Positions 30,622 to 41,458 of a stretch of 64,000 bases of DNA are shown one piece after another. Positions within the stretch are counted from its first letter, which is position 1. Every line of letters starts with the position of its first letter. The stretch spans positions 512,136 through 576,135 of the forward strand of contig JBJBDC010000001.1 in the NCBI GenBank assembly GCA_047285535.1. Direction: 5' to 3'. The DNA is from Synechococcus sp. (lineage in GTDB: Bacteria > Cyanobacteriota > Cyanobacteriia > PCC-6307 > Cyanobiaceae). Made by a program: the position numbers and the translations under genes. Under the pieces are notes generated by a model that did not search any database, had not been told where the DNA came from, and was given only the letters and a program-made list of their open reading frames with translations.

Positions 30622-31008
30622 ACATTCTTCCGACTCTGACTTCTCTTTAGCTCAATTTTGTAATAAAAGCCACAATACTTGCGGAATATGAAGCAAATCT
30701 AAAGGCGCTGCTTGGGTTTGGCTTCGTTTCTCGTCGGTTATGCATCTTGCGATGCACTTTTTGGTATGTATTGCTTTCTTATCTCCATTATCTTTTGTGG
30801 GTCTTGCTTGGACACCCATTCGTCTATTTTATCTGGTCTGTAACTGGAAGTAGTCAGTACGTGATTTGTGAACCAATATCATTCCAAAGTTCGCTAGGAC
30901 CAAGCTTTCTTTGTACATTAAGTCAACTCATTCAGGGGTGGTTGTGTGCTGGCTTGGAGATCAATATATAGTCGTGTGGTTTTGTTCCGGCTTCTCTTTG
31001 AGTTTTGA

Positions 31009-31764
31009 TTAGGATCTGTTGTGAATAAGCTGTTCTTCAAGTAGTAAATTGAATGTGACTAATTGTTCATCGCTTAATTGCTGTCTTGTTGTTGCTCCCG
31101 TTTTTGTTTGAAGGAATTTTTTTGCATTTTCTTGTGTCCACCCCAGTTCTGTGAGCATTGCATCTCCTTGCACGATCAAGTCACTTCGTCTTATGGGTAA
31201 AGGAGCCGTGTTTTCATTTGCTCCTTTTTCCAGTTTTGACAGCTGTGTGAGATAAGCCAGGATATCGCTATACCGCGTAAGTTTGTGCCTGCTTCCATGT
31301 CCATAGGCACGTTCTAAAAAAACATGCTCCTTTTCTCGATTCCAGCCAATGCGCTTTAGCTGCATATCAATCGATGTAAGTTCTTCGCTCCAATCCTCTG
31401 GATCGGTTGGTGCTTCACTAGGTTCCATGCCTGCAACGGGTTTATCGATTCCTTTGATCGATGAAACTATTGGTTTGTCCGGATGGTCACTCAATGGTTT
31501 TTCAGAAATCTTGTTAATGGCGTTGGATTCGTCTTTGCTTGTTGCAGCCACTTTGATGACTGTAGGTTTGGCTTCTTTTGATTTCTGACCTTCCTTGACA
31601 GTCGTGAACCGATCTATCAATCGCTGTCGAGCGCGGTCTTCCGCTAGTTCTGCATTATCTGCTTCTCCCAAGCTGCTACCCAACAAGAGTTCGCCATCGA
31701 AGCCGATGACCTTGACCACACATCGGTTGGCATCGATGTGGCAAACCTCGACCTTTGTCTTCAT
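31009..31764 (-). CDS. Conserved cyanobacterial hypothetical protein
   Basis: GSSLGEA...AEDRARQRL; EDWSEEL...LKRIGW; repeated LGW...FL...RQQLSD helical units. Confidence 0.7.
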   Translation of the reverse strand: MKTKVEVCHIDANRCVVKVIGFDGELLLGSSLGEADNAELAEDRARQRLIDRFTTVKEGQKSKEAKPTVIKVAATSKDESNAINKISEKPLSDHPDKPIVSSIKGIDKPVAGMEPSEAPTDPEDWSEELTSIDMQLKRIGWNREKEHVFLERAYGHGSRHKLTRYSDILAYLTQLSKLEKGANENTAPLPIRRSDLIVQGDAMLTELGWTQENAKKFLQTKTGATTRQQLSDEQLVTFNLLLEEQLIHNRS

Positions 31765-31801
31765 GCCTCTGAATAGTGGAAATCATTTCTAAGCTGAAGC
31801 A

Positions 31802-32524
31802 ATGGATACAGCTGCCCTTCACTCTCTACTCCCCCTTTTCGATGGAGTCGATCGATGGTCTGAGCTTTTGCCACTTCTTCCAGTGCTTGTTGCTTTGGAA
31901 ATTTTGCTTTCTGCAGATAATGCTATTGCCTTGGCCGCTGTTGTCCGGAAGCAGAGGGACCCTGTTAAGGAAAGAAAAGCACTCAATTTTGGGATTAGTA
32001 TCGCCTTCTTTCTGCGAATCGCATTGATACTAATGTCTCAATGGGTTTTGGAATTCCGTCCGTTACAACTATTGGCAGGTCTTTACTTAATATGGTTATG
32101 CATTTCTCATCTTTGGATTTATCCATGTGATCATTCTCCTGATTCAGACGATTCAGAGTCCATGCCTGTTGTTTCTTTTGCGAAAACAATTTTGACATTG
32201 GTCTTAACTGACTTTGCATTTTCTGTTGATAGTGTTGCGGCCGCAGTTGCCATTAGTGATCAAATTAGTCTGATCATTATTGGAGCCTTCATAGGGGTCT
32301 TAGCTCTCCGCTTGACGTCTGGTCTGTTTCTGCATTGGCTTGAAATTTTTCCACGCTTGGAAACAGCTGGCTATGTTGCAGTAGCGCTTGTAGGTTTTAA
32401 GCTCATTATTTTTATGATTTTCTCTGGCTTCCATCCGTCAGAATGGTTTACTTTTTTGATTGTCTCTTTATTGATTGTTTGGGGTTTTTCGCAGCGACAA
32501 TCCACATTTAATGAAGGAGTCTGA
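31802..32524 (+). CDS. TerC/YkoY-family membrane protein
   Basis: LEILLSADNA and DFAFSVDSV TerC motifs; multi-TM. Confidence 0.88.
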   Translation: MDTAALHSLLPLFDGVDRWSELLPLLPVLVALEILLSADNAIALAAVVRKQRDPVKERKALNFGISIAFFLRIALILMSQWVLEFRPLQLLAGLYLIWLCISHLWIYPCDHSPDSDDSESMPVVSFAKTILTLVLTDFAFSVDSVAAAVAISDQISLIIIGAFIGVLALRLTSGLFLHWLEIFPRLETAGYVAVALVGFKLIIFMIFSGFHPSEWFTFLIVSLLIVWGFSQRQSTFNEGV

Positions 32525-32529
32525 GTCTG

Positions 32530-32880
32530 ATGCTTGTTGAGCTTAGACATGCTGCCACTGATCTATTGATTGATCGAGTCGACTTCGACGAGCCGCCAAT
32601 GCCAGGTGTTTGGTTCTCCCGCGATGCAAATACATTTTTTGTGATGCAAAAGCGCCATCGCTATGCATTGCGCTTTGGTCGGTATGAGCTTGCATCCATT
32701 GTGCTTATGGTCATTTACTCCAAGAAGCCAATTGACGCTCATTTATACGATAACTGCTGGGTGATTGGCGATTTTGATTGTCGTTTCAATGCGCGAAACC
32801 CACTACTTCGCTGTGCCGTCATGCCAGAAGGCCCTTGCGACTCTTGCGTCCATCGTGAATCTCGACCAGATGCGGGTTGA
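32530..32880 (+). CDS. Conserved cyanobacterial Cys-rich protein (DUF6464-like)
   Basis: RHRY...Y; VIGD..CRFNARNPLLRCAVMPEGPCDSC. Confidence 0.7.
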   Translation: MLVELRHAATDLLIDRVDFDEPPMPGVWFSRDANTFFVMQKRHRYALRFGRYELASIVLMVIYSKKPIDAHLYDNCWVIGDFDCRFNARNPLLRCAVMPEGPCDSCVHRESRPDAG

Positions 32881-33089
32881 ATTGATACAAGCTATAGTAT
32901 TAGAAATATTGATCTTGTATCCACAAGCCTTTACCTATATTTCATCTGTTTTGTCTCGGCCTGTGGTTTCTATTTAGATTTTAATCTTCTCCTGTTTTAA
33001 GGGTCATGATGATATCGCTCTTTGTAGTGCTCTTTTCTTCTTTAGTGCCTAGAGATACATCTAATTCTCTTTTACGCGTTTTTTGATGT

Positions 33090-33398
33090 ATGCATTGTCT
33101 TGTCTCTGATGGTCTTGATGTTGTGTATGAGGAGTTTGATCTCCTGTCATTCTCTAGTATTGCCCACTTTGATGTCGTTCCTGTGGTGAATGAAGTTGAG
33201 CGCCTTAGAGCGCGATCAGTCTTGCTTGAGTTTCTTAAATTTAGGGTTTTATCCGCTGGACCCGAGTTTTTTGATGATTTAACTCCGCTAGACCGTCGTC
33301 AGTGGTTGACAGTGGTTCATCCGCAGTCTCTCTGCCTTTCTGATCAAGATCTTGATCAGATTTGGAACCAAGCACGTTTTCTTTATACGGAGATCTGA
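33090..33398 (+). CDS. Conserved hypothetical protein
   Basis: RARSVLLEFLKFRVL...RRQWL...DLDQIWNQAR resembles a picocyanobacterial hypothetical. Start uncertain. Confidence 0.55.
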   Translation: MHCLVSDGLDVVYEEFDLLSFSSIAHFDVVPVVNEVERLRARSVLLEFLKFRVLSAGPEFFDDLTPLDRRQWLTVVHPQSLCLSDQDLDQIWNQARFLYTEI

Positions 33399-33457
33399 CG
33401 GAGCGGATTGAGCCTGCAACATACGTACTTCTGTCTGTTTCAGCTTCCCCAGTTGGC

Positions 33458-34700
33458 ATGGAGTCCGTATCCATCAAATTTGGTTCTTCTTGGTCTTAGT
33501 CAGCTACTTCACAATGCTTTGAAGGCAAAGGTTTACTCGTCTCCATCCCCATACAGGCACAGGCCATACCTGCTGTGATTTTGCCGTGATGTGATGTCTG
33601 CAGCTCAAACTGGACTGTCAGACGTTAGGTGTCACTCTTCAACTGCTCTGTGGTTCACCATGAAGCGAAGCCAGGTCGTTGACAACTTCGGGCTCTGGTT
33701 TTCACAGCTACTCTTGAGCTTGTAGTCCTTGTTGTGGATCACGTAAAAGGGATAATAAATTAGTATCTTTCTCTCAGCAGCAATGGTGTGTTCGCTCGTG
33801 CGAAGATCATTTCTAAATCCAACAGTTTCAAACGGTGGTCGAAGTGATTGTTGTAACTCCAGGACTGTTGCTGGATCTTCTTCAGTAAGGTGCTGTTCGG
33901 TTTGATCGAGTTGAGTTTTTTGTTCATGCTGTGGTAGACCGAATGCTGGATACGGGTGTTGTTCATCACATTAGGTGAGTGCTTTCTCGACTGCCTAATC
34001 GTCGGCAGACTTTGATATTCTTTGCCACCTTCTGGTGACCTCTACAAAAGTTGCTTAGAGAGCTTCTGTCTCCTCCTATTCATATTAAAATTTCACCTGC
34101 CAATCACACTGCTAAGAGTGCGCTTCAGGTCGTTCATCCCATTGATATCACTCGTAAGATTGAATTGCTTTCATCTCTGATTTGCACTGGAGGCTGGTGT
34201 CAGTTTTTGCCTTCTCCCGTACCAAGCCTGGCGTAAATCCCATTACCAAATGCTTATGCCAACGAGGACCTTTGGATGCTGCTATTCATGGAAATCAATG
34301 ACCGGGAGCCATAATCCTTTCCTTGCATGCTCTAAGGACGCTAAGTGCGAGTTCTTGTTGCGACCAATATTGCTGCCATAGGAATTGACATAGAGAGGCT
34401 TCCTTATATGGGGACTCTTGATTTCCCTCATGTTGCCGAAGACTATGGACCCAGGATTGTTCGTACCGGCAGAGCTGATGACATTGGTCATGCCAACTTT
34501 TTTGTGGCTGCAGAGGACTCGTTGCTTTTGAAGTCGCTTGACGGTTTGACAGGTGAATCATTTGGTCGAGAGCTCGTCCCTGGATTTGCATCCACCGTTC
34601 TTAGTGCTCCACCTCTGACCTGAATGGTCGCCGTGCTCGTCGCCGTCTGGCTGACATTCCACGCAGTTTTCAGGTTCGTACCGACGTCTTGACTGCATCC
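33458..34700 (+). pseudogene. Heavily degraded DEAD-box RNA helicase (RhlE-like)
   Basis: Ordered motif remnants: LGLS; PIQAQAIPAV; DVMSAAQTG; RALVFTATLEL; VTPGLLLDL; FVHAVVDRMLDTG (DEAD lost); RQTLIFFAT; HGN; RVLVATNIAAIGIDI; EDYGPRIVRTGRA. Many stops and frameshifts. Ends approximate. Confidence 0.88.
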
Positions 34701-34731
34701 AAGGAGACCCTCGAGAAGTTAAGGCACATCG

Positions 34732-35760
34732 TCATTTAAATAGGCCGAAACTGTCCGAGCGCGACGCTAGTAGTTGTTGTATCAGAGAATCTCCACTGCA
34801 TGGCCTTTTACCTTCCAGTTGTGCTTCTCGAATCACAATTGGGCAACCGCTTGTACTGACGACCAGGCCTATGCCTTTGATGCATTCGAGAATTGTTCCT
34901 GGTTCATGACTTTTAGAGGACCATCGTCCAAGTAGCGGACGGATATCAGTTGATAGTTGCCCTTTGAGTCGTTCGATCAGGGGTTCACACCGCAGCAGTT
35001 TGAGACGTTTATTGTTCCAAAGGGTTACCGCATTGGGGTACAAAGCCATCACTTGCCGATGGATCGCAAGGGCTGATCCAGACCACTGGATCTGATGATC
35101 TTCCTTTGTGAGCATGCGTGCATAACTTGTTTCTCTAGGACTATGACGTTGCTCCTTGACTTCAAGTCTTGCTCTGCGTTCGTTCTCAGATCCCATGCCT
35201 ACTGATTCAATCAATGGCATGGCTTTCACTATGAGGTCAGCAGTGAGAATGCTCATGCGTTCAGCTAGAGATTGGCAGTTGTCTAGCAATTCAATTGTGA
35301 GATTTTTTTCGATCAGCACTGGCCCTGTGTCCAACCCTTCTTCCATGGCCATGACCCCCACTCCAGTTTCTGCGTCGCCTTCTAGTAATGCCCATTGAAT
35401 TGGTCCTGCTCCTCGCCAACGGGGAAGAAGCGAGCCATGGCCGTTCCAGCATCCCAAGGGGGGTTGTTCCAAGACTGCTTTGGGCAAAATTTGTCCGAAT
35501 GCAACCACGACAGATAGCTCTGCTCCCAGCATTGCTAGCTGTTCTTGACAGGCTTCGTCCTTTTTGATTCGCTCAGGTGTGAATACTTGAAGCCCTAATT
35601 CAAGGGCTTTTGTTTTCACTGGTGATGGCATCAACGTCTTACCGCGTCCTCGCCGTCGATCCGGTTGGGTGACTACACCTACAAGCGTATGACCCTCACT
35701 GTGCAGTGCCATCAACGTTGGAACTGCATAGTGTGGTGTTCCCCAAAACAGGATTCTCAT
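34732..35760 (-). CDS. fmt: Methionyl-tRNA formyltransferase
   Basis: ILFWGTP, VTQPDR, HGSLLPRWRGAGPI, GLDTG. Confidence 0.95.
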   Translation of the reverse strand: MRILFWGTPHYAVPTLMALHSEGHTLVGVVTQPDRRRGRGKTLMPSPVKTKALELGLQVFTPERIKKDEACQEQLAMLGAELSVVVAFGQILPKAVLEQPPLGCWNGHGSLLPRWRGAGPIQWALLEGDAETGVGVMAMEEGLDTGPVLIEKNLTIELLDNCQSLAERMSILTADLIVKAMPLIESVGMGSENERRARLEVKEQRHSPRETSYARMLTKEDHQIQWSGSALAIHRQVMALYPNAVTLWNNKRLKLLRCEPLIERLKGQLSTDIRPLLGRWSSKSHEPGTILECIKGIGLVVSTSGCPIVIREAQLEGKRPCSGDSLIQQLLASRSDSFGLFK

Positions 35761-35769
35761 CGTTGTTGT

Positions 35770-37143
35770 TTAGGCTTCGCCTGTTATCGCTAATCCATCA
35801 ATCCAGACATGTGGGGAGACTCCCTGGTGAGTCACAATTTCATCTTTTTCGAGGTGAATCACTCCTTTTAGCACATCTCGAATGTCTCCAGCGATTGTTG
35901 CTGCTTCAACTGAAATTCGTTCCCCCTCTTTTACGAGCCAGCCATCAAAAGGAAGAGAAAATGCTCCTTGACTGGCCTTCACTCCTGCGTGGAGTGCGTT
36001 CAAGTTCTCAATTAAAACAAAGGTGTCTTGTAGTTTCTGATGGTTCAAATGGTCGGATTGATTGTTGAACCCCTCACTTGAACTAACCTCAAACCAATCA
36101 GGCCCTACAGATACCTTGGCCCCAAGCCCTGCGTGTCCGGTTGGATTGACACCAAATTGTCTTGCCGTTGCTTCGGAGTGAAGCAGATTCTGTAGTTGTC
36201 CGTTGTTGATTAAACAAAGTCGTTTGGTGGGTGTCCCTTCACCGTCGAATGCGGCGGCTCCTACGTGCTTTGGGTGCAGACCATTGTCATGGAGGCAAAA
36301 AAACGGGGCCGCTATCTGTTGACCAAGTGATTCCTTACGGCTAAGGCTTACACCATCAAGAATGGCTCTCGCGTTCATCATGCTGCTGAACGCTCCGAGC
36401 AGGTCAAGAAATGCTTCTGGAGTGAAACAAACCAAATAGCGACCAGTGTCGATAGGTCTGTAATTCAGATGGCTGATTGTTCGATCGGCAGCTTCATTGA
36501 TGCAGCCTGCTAAATCAAGGTCTGTACTCCCAAGAGCTACTCGCACCGCACCACCACTGCGTGGTTTTCTTCCATTCTCTTCCGCCCGTGCGTAGAGATA
36601 GAGGCTGGCCTGAGTTCGCTGCATATGACGTAGTGCACCTTCACTATTGAGATAAATCCGTTCGCTACTGCCTTCATTCAAACCGTTGTATGGGATCGTC
36701 TGGATCGCAGGATGCTTGGCAAGGAGTTCGCACTCAACGTCCTTGAGCGTGCTGAGTAATGTTTGAATGCTTTGGGATGGTTTCAGTGGTCGATCAATGT
36801 CTGAGATAGGTGCTGTTGCTAGTGGTGAGAAGCACGGAATGTCGTCTGCATTGCCAAATGCACTGGCCTGATATGCACCGTCTAGGGCTCTTCCCAGACC
36901 ACCAGGAGATAGATCAGAGGTGCTGGTAACACCTACGAGTCCTTCTTTATTCCAGACTCGAACAGTGATTGAGCTCCGCTGGGCAGCCTTCATCTGTTTG
37001 GCTACACCTCGATCCACCTGGACTGAAGCATTCATTCCACGGCTAGCTCCGAGATCCCATTGACGGATTCCCTTCCCATGGGCCAGGGCGTTGAGCTGAT
37101 CGCGCAGTTCTTTGACATTAAGAGGATGCATAGACATGATCAA
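35770..37143 (-). CDS. pmbA: TldE/PmbA family protein
   Basis: FDGEGTPT, TGHA; no HExxxH motif; paired with tldD. Confidence 0.88.
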   Translation of the reverse strand: MIMSMHPLNVKELRDQLNALAHGKGIRQWDLGASRGMNASVQVDRGVAKQMKAAQRSSITVRVWNKEGLVGVTSTSDLSPGGLGRALDGAYQASAFGNADDIPCFSPLATAPISDIDRPLKPSQSIQTLLSTLKDVECELLAKHPAIQTIPYNGLNEGSSERIYLNSEGALRHMQRTQASLYLYARAEENGRKPRSGGAVRVALGSTDLDLAGCINEAADRTISHLNYRPIDTGRYLVCFTPEAFLDLLGAFSSMMNARAILDGVSLSRKESLGQQIAAPFFCLHDNGLHPKHVGAAAFDGEGTPTKRLCLINNGQLQNLLHSEATARQFGVNPTGHAGLGAKVSVGPDWFEVSSSEGFNNQSDHLNHQKLQDTFVLIENLNALHAGVKASQGAFSLPFDGWLVKEGERISVEAATIAGDIRDVLKGVIHLEKDEIVTHQGVSPHVWIDGLAITGEA

Positions 37144-38600
37144 CGCCCCCCCACAGTGATTGAATCAACCTTGATATGGGGTTGCCCTACTGTGACAAAG
37201 ATGTTGCCGCTGATCGAGCCGCAGTAACCAGCAGCCAAATCAAGATCATTCGCACACATTGAAATTCTCGGCATCACCTCTTTGGCTTCTCCGATCAGAG
37301 TTGCTCCTTTGACTGGACGCCCAAGTTGACCATTTTCAATAATGTATCCCTCTTCTACAGAGAAATTAAATTGACCGGTGGGTCCGACGCTTCCACCACC
37401 CATGGACTTGCAATAAAGACCTTGGTCTACGGATTGGATTAGATCTTGGGTGCTATGAGGGCCTGCTGCGATGTAGGTGTTGCGCATACGGCTCGCTGCA
37501 GCAAATCCATGGTTTTGTCGCCTGCCGCTTCCTGTACGCGCGTGCCCTGTGCGAAGTTCGCCAGCACGATCACTTAAAAATCTTTTTAAGACTCCATTTT
37601 TAATCAGAACTGTACGTTGCGATTCCATTCCTTCATCATCCATCGAGAGGGATCCAAAGGCACCGGCACTTAAACCTTCATCGATGGCGGTCACAGCAGG
37701 GTTAGCAATTGTTTCTCCAACTTGATCGGCAAATGGTGTTGTTCCTCGTTCCACTTGCGTGGTTTCGAGAAGATGTCCGCAGGCTTCATGGAAGATCACA
37801 CCACCAAATCGATTGGCTAAAACCACTGGCATTTGTCCTCCGTCCACATAATCGGCACGGAGCATGGTCGCTGCACTAGTGCAAACTTCATGAGCAGCAG
37901 CATCAATATCCCATTCCCGCAAATCATCCGGTCGATCACTTGATCCAAACCGACGCGCAATGCTGGCGCGATGGTCACCGTCAGCAGCTAAGACACTGAG
38001 CCCACTGGATTGATGTAAGCGGATGTCGCGGGCATAAGTCCCATCGCTAGCTGCGACGAGAACCTCCTGCCAGTCACGCGAAAAATTTCCACGTCGAACT
38101 TCTAAATGTTGTCCGAGAGCATTAAGGCGCGCAGTCCCATCAAGAAGTCGTTGTGTGATCTCGCTCAATGAAGGAGAGTTGTCGAGCCATTCATCTTTGT
38201 AGACCCCGAAATCCTTGAGTGGTTTCAAGCCCTGAAAATCTCTGGCAGGTGAGAGATCACTGTGCTCTAACTCGAGCATCGCCAAAGCTTGAGCCAGTGC
38301 TTGGGAAAGGCCCGAATTACTGAGATCGTTAGTGCTGACAAAGCCGTCTCGGTGTCCCAGAAAGACTCGTATCCCTGCTCCCATGCCAAACGAAGGAGAA
38401 ACGCTTGTAATTTGTTCCTGTTCAGCAAGAACCCCAAGGTGGTCGGTTCGTTCTAAAAACACCTCCACCAGATCAGCCCCAGCCCGAACTCCAGTTTGGA
38501 GCAACGATTCCAAGCGATCTTTCCAAGGAGTATGGCTTGGATCCAGAGTTAATGTCTGGTTTAAGTCGGGATGGGTGTCGACCAAGCCCCTTGTCTGCAT
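37140..38600 (-). CDS. tldD: TldD metalloprotease
   Basis: HEACGH, DDEG, RMRNTYI, GYCG, VGQP, ITVGG. Confidence 0.92.
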   Translation of the reverse strand: MQTRGLVDTHPDLNQTLTLDPSHTPWKDRLESLLQTGVRAGADLVEVFLERTDHLGVLAEQEQITSVSPSFGMGAGIRVFLGHRDGFVSTNDLSNSGLSQALAQALAMLELEHSDLSPARDFQGLKPLKDFGVYKDEWLDNSPSLSEITQRLLDGTARLNALGQHLEVRRGNFSRDWQEVLVAASDGTYARDIRLHQSSGLSVLAADGDHRASIARRFGSSDRPDDLREWDIDAAAHEVCTSAATMLRADYVDGGQMPVVLANRFGGVIFHEACGHLLETTQVERGTTPFADQVGETIANPAVTAIDEGLSAGAFGSLSMDDEGMESQRTVLIKNGVLKRFLSDRAGELRTGHARTGSGRRQNHGFAAASRMRNTYIAAGPHSTQDLIQSVDQGLYCKSMGGGSVGPTGQFNFSVEEGYIIENGQLGRPVKGATLIGEAKEVMPRISMCANDLDLAAGYCGSISGNIFVTVGQPHIKVDSITVGGR

Positions 38601-38664
38601 TTGATCTGATTATGGAGAGTCGTACTGACAATCCTAGACAGAGGCTCGGATCTGGTGTGCACTT

Positions 38665-39759
38665 TTACCGAATGCTGGGTTGGTATTGCTCACTGCGAAT
38701 TGGTGCCATCAAAAACAGTGATGCCATCTCTGCTCCATTGGCAAGCCAATGAGGAAGTTTTCTCAGCACTTTGAAAAGTGCAGGTGCTTGGCTTGAATCC
38801 ACTGCGCTTAATGCAGCGTTGTTATCGACCAGACGTTCAAGACCGTTAAAAAAGCGAGGATTGTTGACATCGAGAACGACGGGAAAAACTCGGGCAGAGG
38901 TCTCATTGGTCTTGTCGATGACCAAGCGGTCGTACTCCCGTGCATCTAGCCCCAAGGCTTCGTAAAACTCTTTTCGGGCTACATCTCTGACATACATGGT
39001 GGCGAATACTGCAAGAAGGAAAAATCGACACCACAGGCGCGCACGTAATCCCCTCACAGTGTCTGGCTGAGCTTTCATCAAGGCATCAAAGAAATCTCCA
39101 TGCCGATTTTCGTCTTGGCACCAATTTTCAAAGAAGTTGAAAATTGGAAATATTTTGCATTCGGGATTTTTTTCAAGATGGCGAAAAATTGTGATGTATC
39201 GCCAGTATCCAATCTTTTCAGATAAATAAGTGGCATAAAAAATAAATTTCGGCTTAAAGAATGTATAGCTTTTGTTTGCTGTTAAAAAACCGAGATCAAG
39301 TTGCAGGCCAAAATCGCTCATTGACTTATTGAGGAAGCCAGCATGACGTGCTTCGTCTCTAGCCATATGTGAGAAACATTCTGCCAGCAAAGGGTTTTTC
39401 GTTTTAATTCGACGGCTGAGCTCTTTGTATAACAAAAAGCCAGAAAATTCTGAAGTGCAACTTTGCTCTAGAAATTCAATAAATACTTTCCGAGTTTCTG
39501 GATCTAGTTTTTCTGCAGCTCCCTCAAATTCTCCATTCCGTACGAAGTGATGGCGGTTGTAATCCTTGCGAAATTCGTTACAGATGGCCTCGAGTTCAGC
39601 TTCGTTTGGTCGTAGGTCCATGGCAGCCATGGCCTCGAAATCGGTCGTGTAAAAGCGAGGGGTCAGGATCGTGTCCTTGGTCGGCTCTTTCGTCGAAACG
39701 TTGGATCCAGTTGTGCTTGTGGCTTCGGTCACTGCTGTTGGAGGAACCATCTCTTGCAT
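38665..39759 (-). CDS. acsF: Mg-protoporphyrin IX monomethyl ester oxidative cyclase
   Basis: [17 protein letters not shown] and DENRHG di-iron motifs, SEKIGYWRY. Confidence 0.95.
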   Translation of the reverse strand: MQEMVPPTAVTEATSTTGSNVSTKEPTKDTILTPRFYTTDFEAMAAMDLRPNEAELEAICNEFRKDYNRHHFVRNGEFEGAAEKLDPETRKVFIEFLEQSCTSEFSGFLLYKELSRRIKTKNPLLAECFSHMARDEARHAGFLNKSMSDFGLQLDLGFLTANKSYTFFKPKFIFYATYLSEKIGYWRYITIFRHLEKNPECKIFPIFNFFENWCQDENRHGDFFDALMKAQPDTVRGLRARLWCRFFLLAVFATMYVRDVARKEFYEALGLDAREYDRLVIDKTNETSARVFPVVLDVNNPRFFNGLERLVDNNAALSAVDSSQAPALFKVLRKLPHWLANGAEMASLFLMAPIRSEQYQPSIR

Positions 39760-39822
39760 CAGTCACTCCGCACATCGTAAGTCGCCCTCCGATCACAGCA
39801 GACCACTGTTAAGAGCTTTCTG

Positions 39823-40299
39823 TTAATTCCCACCAAGCCATTTTTGGCCATTCAGTCGTTGAAGCAGGCGAGACTGAAGCAAGCCGAGATTAATTCGCTT
39901 TTCATCAATCAAAAAGGACTCCAAAAGGCTGGGTTCGGTGCCTGACTCTGCAAGAGCGATCGTTTTACCTGACTTTATCGAGTCGGATTCGAAGCAGAGC
40001 CAGAATCGTCGATCCCCTGGTAGAACACCGCACACCATCCAGCATTGGCCTCCCACAACAGGGCGATCTCCTTGGATCAACTCCATTGATGCAGTGATCT
40101 GATGGTTTGTGCTCAGCGCTTTGATGAGTGAAGGAATTAAATCGTCCAGAATGAATTCATTAAACGGCTTGTCCTCTGGCTTGGGCTTGGGTGCAGGCTT
40201 TGCAGATGGTTTGTCTGCAGCTTTAGGTTTTGGAGGAGTTTCGCTCACCGGAGTTTGGTTGCTGCGCGGACTGTAGACAGGAGAGTGCATTCTCACCAA
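39823..40299 (-). CDS. DUF2996 family protein (NdhV-like)
   Basis: EDKPFNEFI, RRFWLCF, ESFLIDEK, RLNGQKWLG. Confidence 0.8.
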   Translation of the reverse strand: MVRMHSPVYSPRSNQTPVSETPPKPKAADKPSAKPAPKPKPEDKPFNEFILDDLIPSLIKALSTNHQITASMELIQGDRPVVGGQCWMVCGVLPGDRRFWLCFESDSIKSGKTIALAESGTEPSLLESFLIDEKRINLGLLQSRLLQRLNGQKWLGGN

Positions 40300-40823
40300 T
40301 CATCGCCAATCTGTTGATTCCAGTCATCTGCTTCTACAGCGATTGGCTGGGGTTTTGTTTGTGTTGGCTGTGTTTGAGTCGTTCCCTGCTCTTGGTTTGT
40401 ATCACCATGGAATTGGTTGCCTCGATGCACGATTCTGAATGGCACCGAAACGGTTGGGGCAGGATCGCGAACATCACGTTCGGGCCAGGCTACGGCTGTT
40501 GATTGTTGTGATCGTGGTGGTTGATCACTCGGGATAGGCTCTTGAAAGCTTGGTTCTTTGACAGGACGTCGGACTTCTCGGCGAAGAGCCGGTTTCGTGC
40601 CGACCATGGCTAGTCCGCTCGCAGCGCTGACACCTGAGCCAAATAACGTCGCGATGGCAATCCACGCTCCAATAGGCAGTGTTGGCAATCTCCATGTAAG
40701 GACTCGCAGTGATGATGGTTGTGAAAAATTGAGCGTTGCAATCAACAACATCAACAGCACTGGGCTCAGGCATGGAATCAGAAGCAACCGCCTAATTTCA
40801 GTCATGATTGGCGACCTTGCCAA
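40293..40823 (-). CDS. Conserved hypothetical membrane protein
   Basis: Two hydrophobic segments, ERDVRDPAPTVSVPFRIV, acidic DDW tail. Confidence 0.7.
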   Translation of the reverse strand: MARSPIMTEIRRLLLIPCLSPVLLMLLIATLNFSQPSSLRVLTWRLPTLPIGAWIAIATLFGSGVSAASGLAMVGTKPALRREVRRPVKEPSFQEPIPSDQPPRSQQSTAVAWPERDVRDPAPTVSVPFRIVHRGNQFHGDTNQEQGTTQTQPTQTKPQPIAVEADDWNQQIGDDW

Positions 40824-41458
40824 CGTTGAAGTGGACTCAAATCCTCACCGAGAGAATCGAACATCCTCACTACTAAGAAATCAACCATCTCACTTAAATT
40901 CTGAGGATTGGTATACCAAGCTGGGATAGGAGGAGCAATTCTTGCTCCAGCTTCAGCTAGTGATGTGAGGTTCTTCAAATGAATCAGGTTCCACGGCATT
41001 TCTCTGGGAGCCAGAACTAACGGCCTACCTTCTTTGAGATGAACATCGGCACAACGTTCGATCAGATCACTAGCCACTCCAGCTGCAATGCGTCCGACGC
41101 TGCCCATTGAGCAGGGAACAATCACCATGCCTCTGGTTGCCACGCTTCCGCTGGCAATCGTGGCAGCTTGATTTGCCCAACGATGGCAAGTGAGTGAACC
41201 TCGTTTTACATTCAGCCGAGTTCTCCAAAAGCGTTCTTGAAGATCAGGATCAACAGGCACTTGGATCGATTGCTCTGCTGACCAAACTTCATGAGCTCCA
41301 CGACTCATGATCAAATGAACATTTCGTTCCTGCTGAAGCAACAGCTGAAGAGCACGTTCTGCTAGAGGTTGAGCCGATGCACCGGTTACCCCGAGGACAT
41401 ATGGACGATCAGCTTGTTCAGTCGCGGACACGGAATTAATCCTCACTCGATGCGACAT
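40802..41458 (-). CDS. ubiX: Flavin prenyltransferase
   Basis: GVTGASA, IASGS, PCSMG, RCADVHLKEGR, PREMP. Confidence 0.92.
   Translation of the reverse strand: MSHRVRINSVSATEQADRPYVLGVTGASAQPLAERALQLLLQQERNVHLIMSRGAHEVWSAEQSIQVPVDPDLQERFWRTRLNVKRGSLTCHRWANQAATIASGSVATRGMVIVPCSMGSVGRIAAGVASDLIERCADVHLKEGRPLVLAPREMPWNLIHLKNLTSLAEAGARIAPPIPAWYTNPQNLSEMVDFLVVRMFDSLGEDLSPLQRWQGRQS

Noticed and set aside
30659..30674. GTG-N8-TAC NtcA-like site upstream of DUF3104
   Set aside because: Non-canonical, no suitably spaced -10 element, and plausible by chance in AT-rich DNA.
35770..38600. TldD/PmbA as the leader-processing protease of the NHLP exporter
   Set aside because: The pair sits in core-gene context about 30 kb away, and the exporter has its own C39 peptidase.
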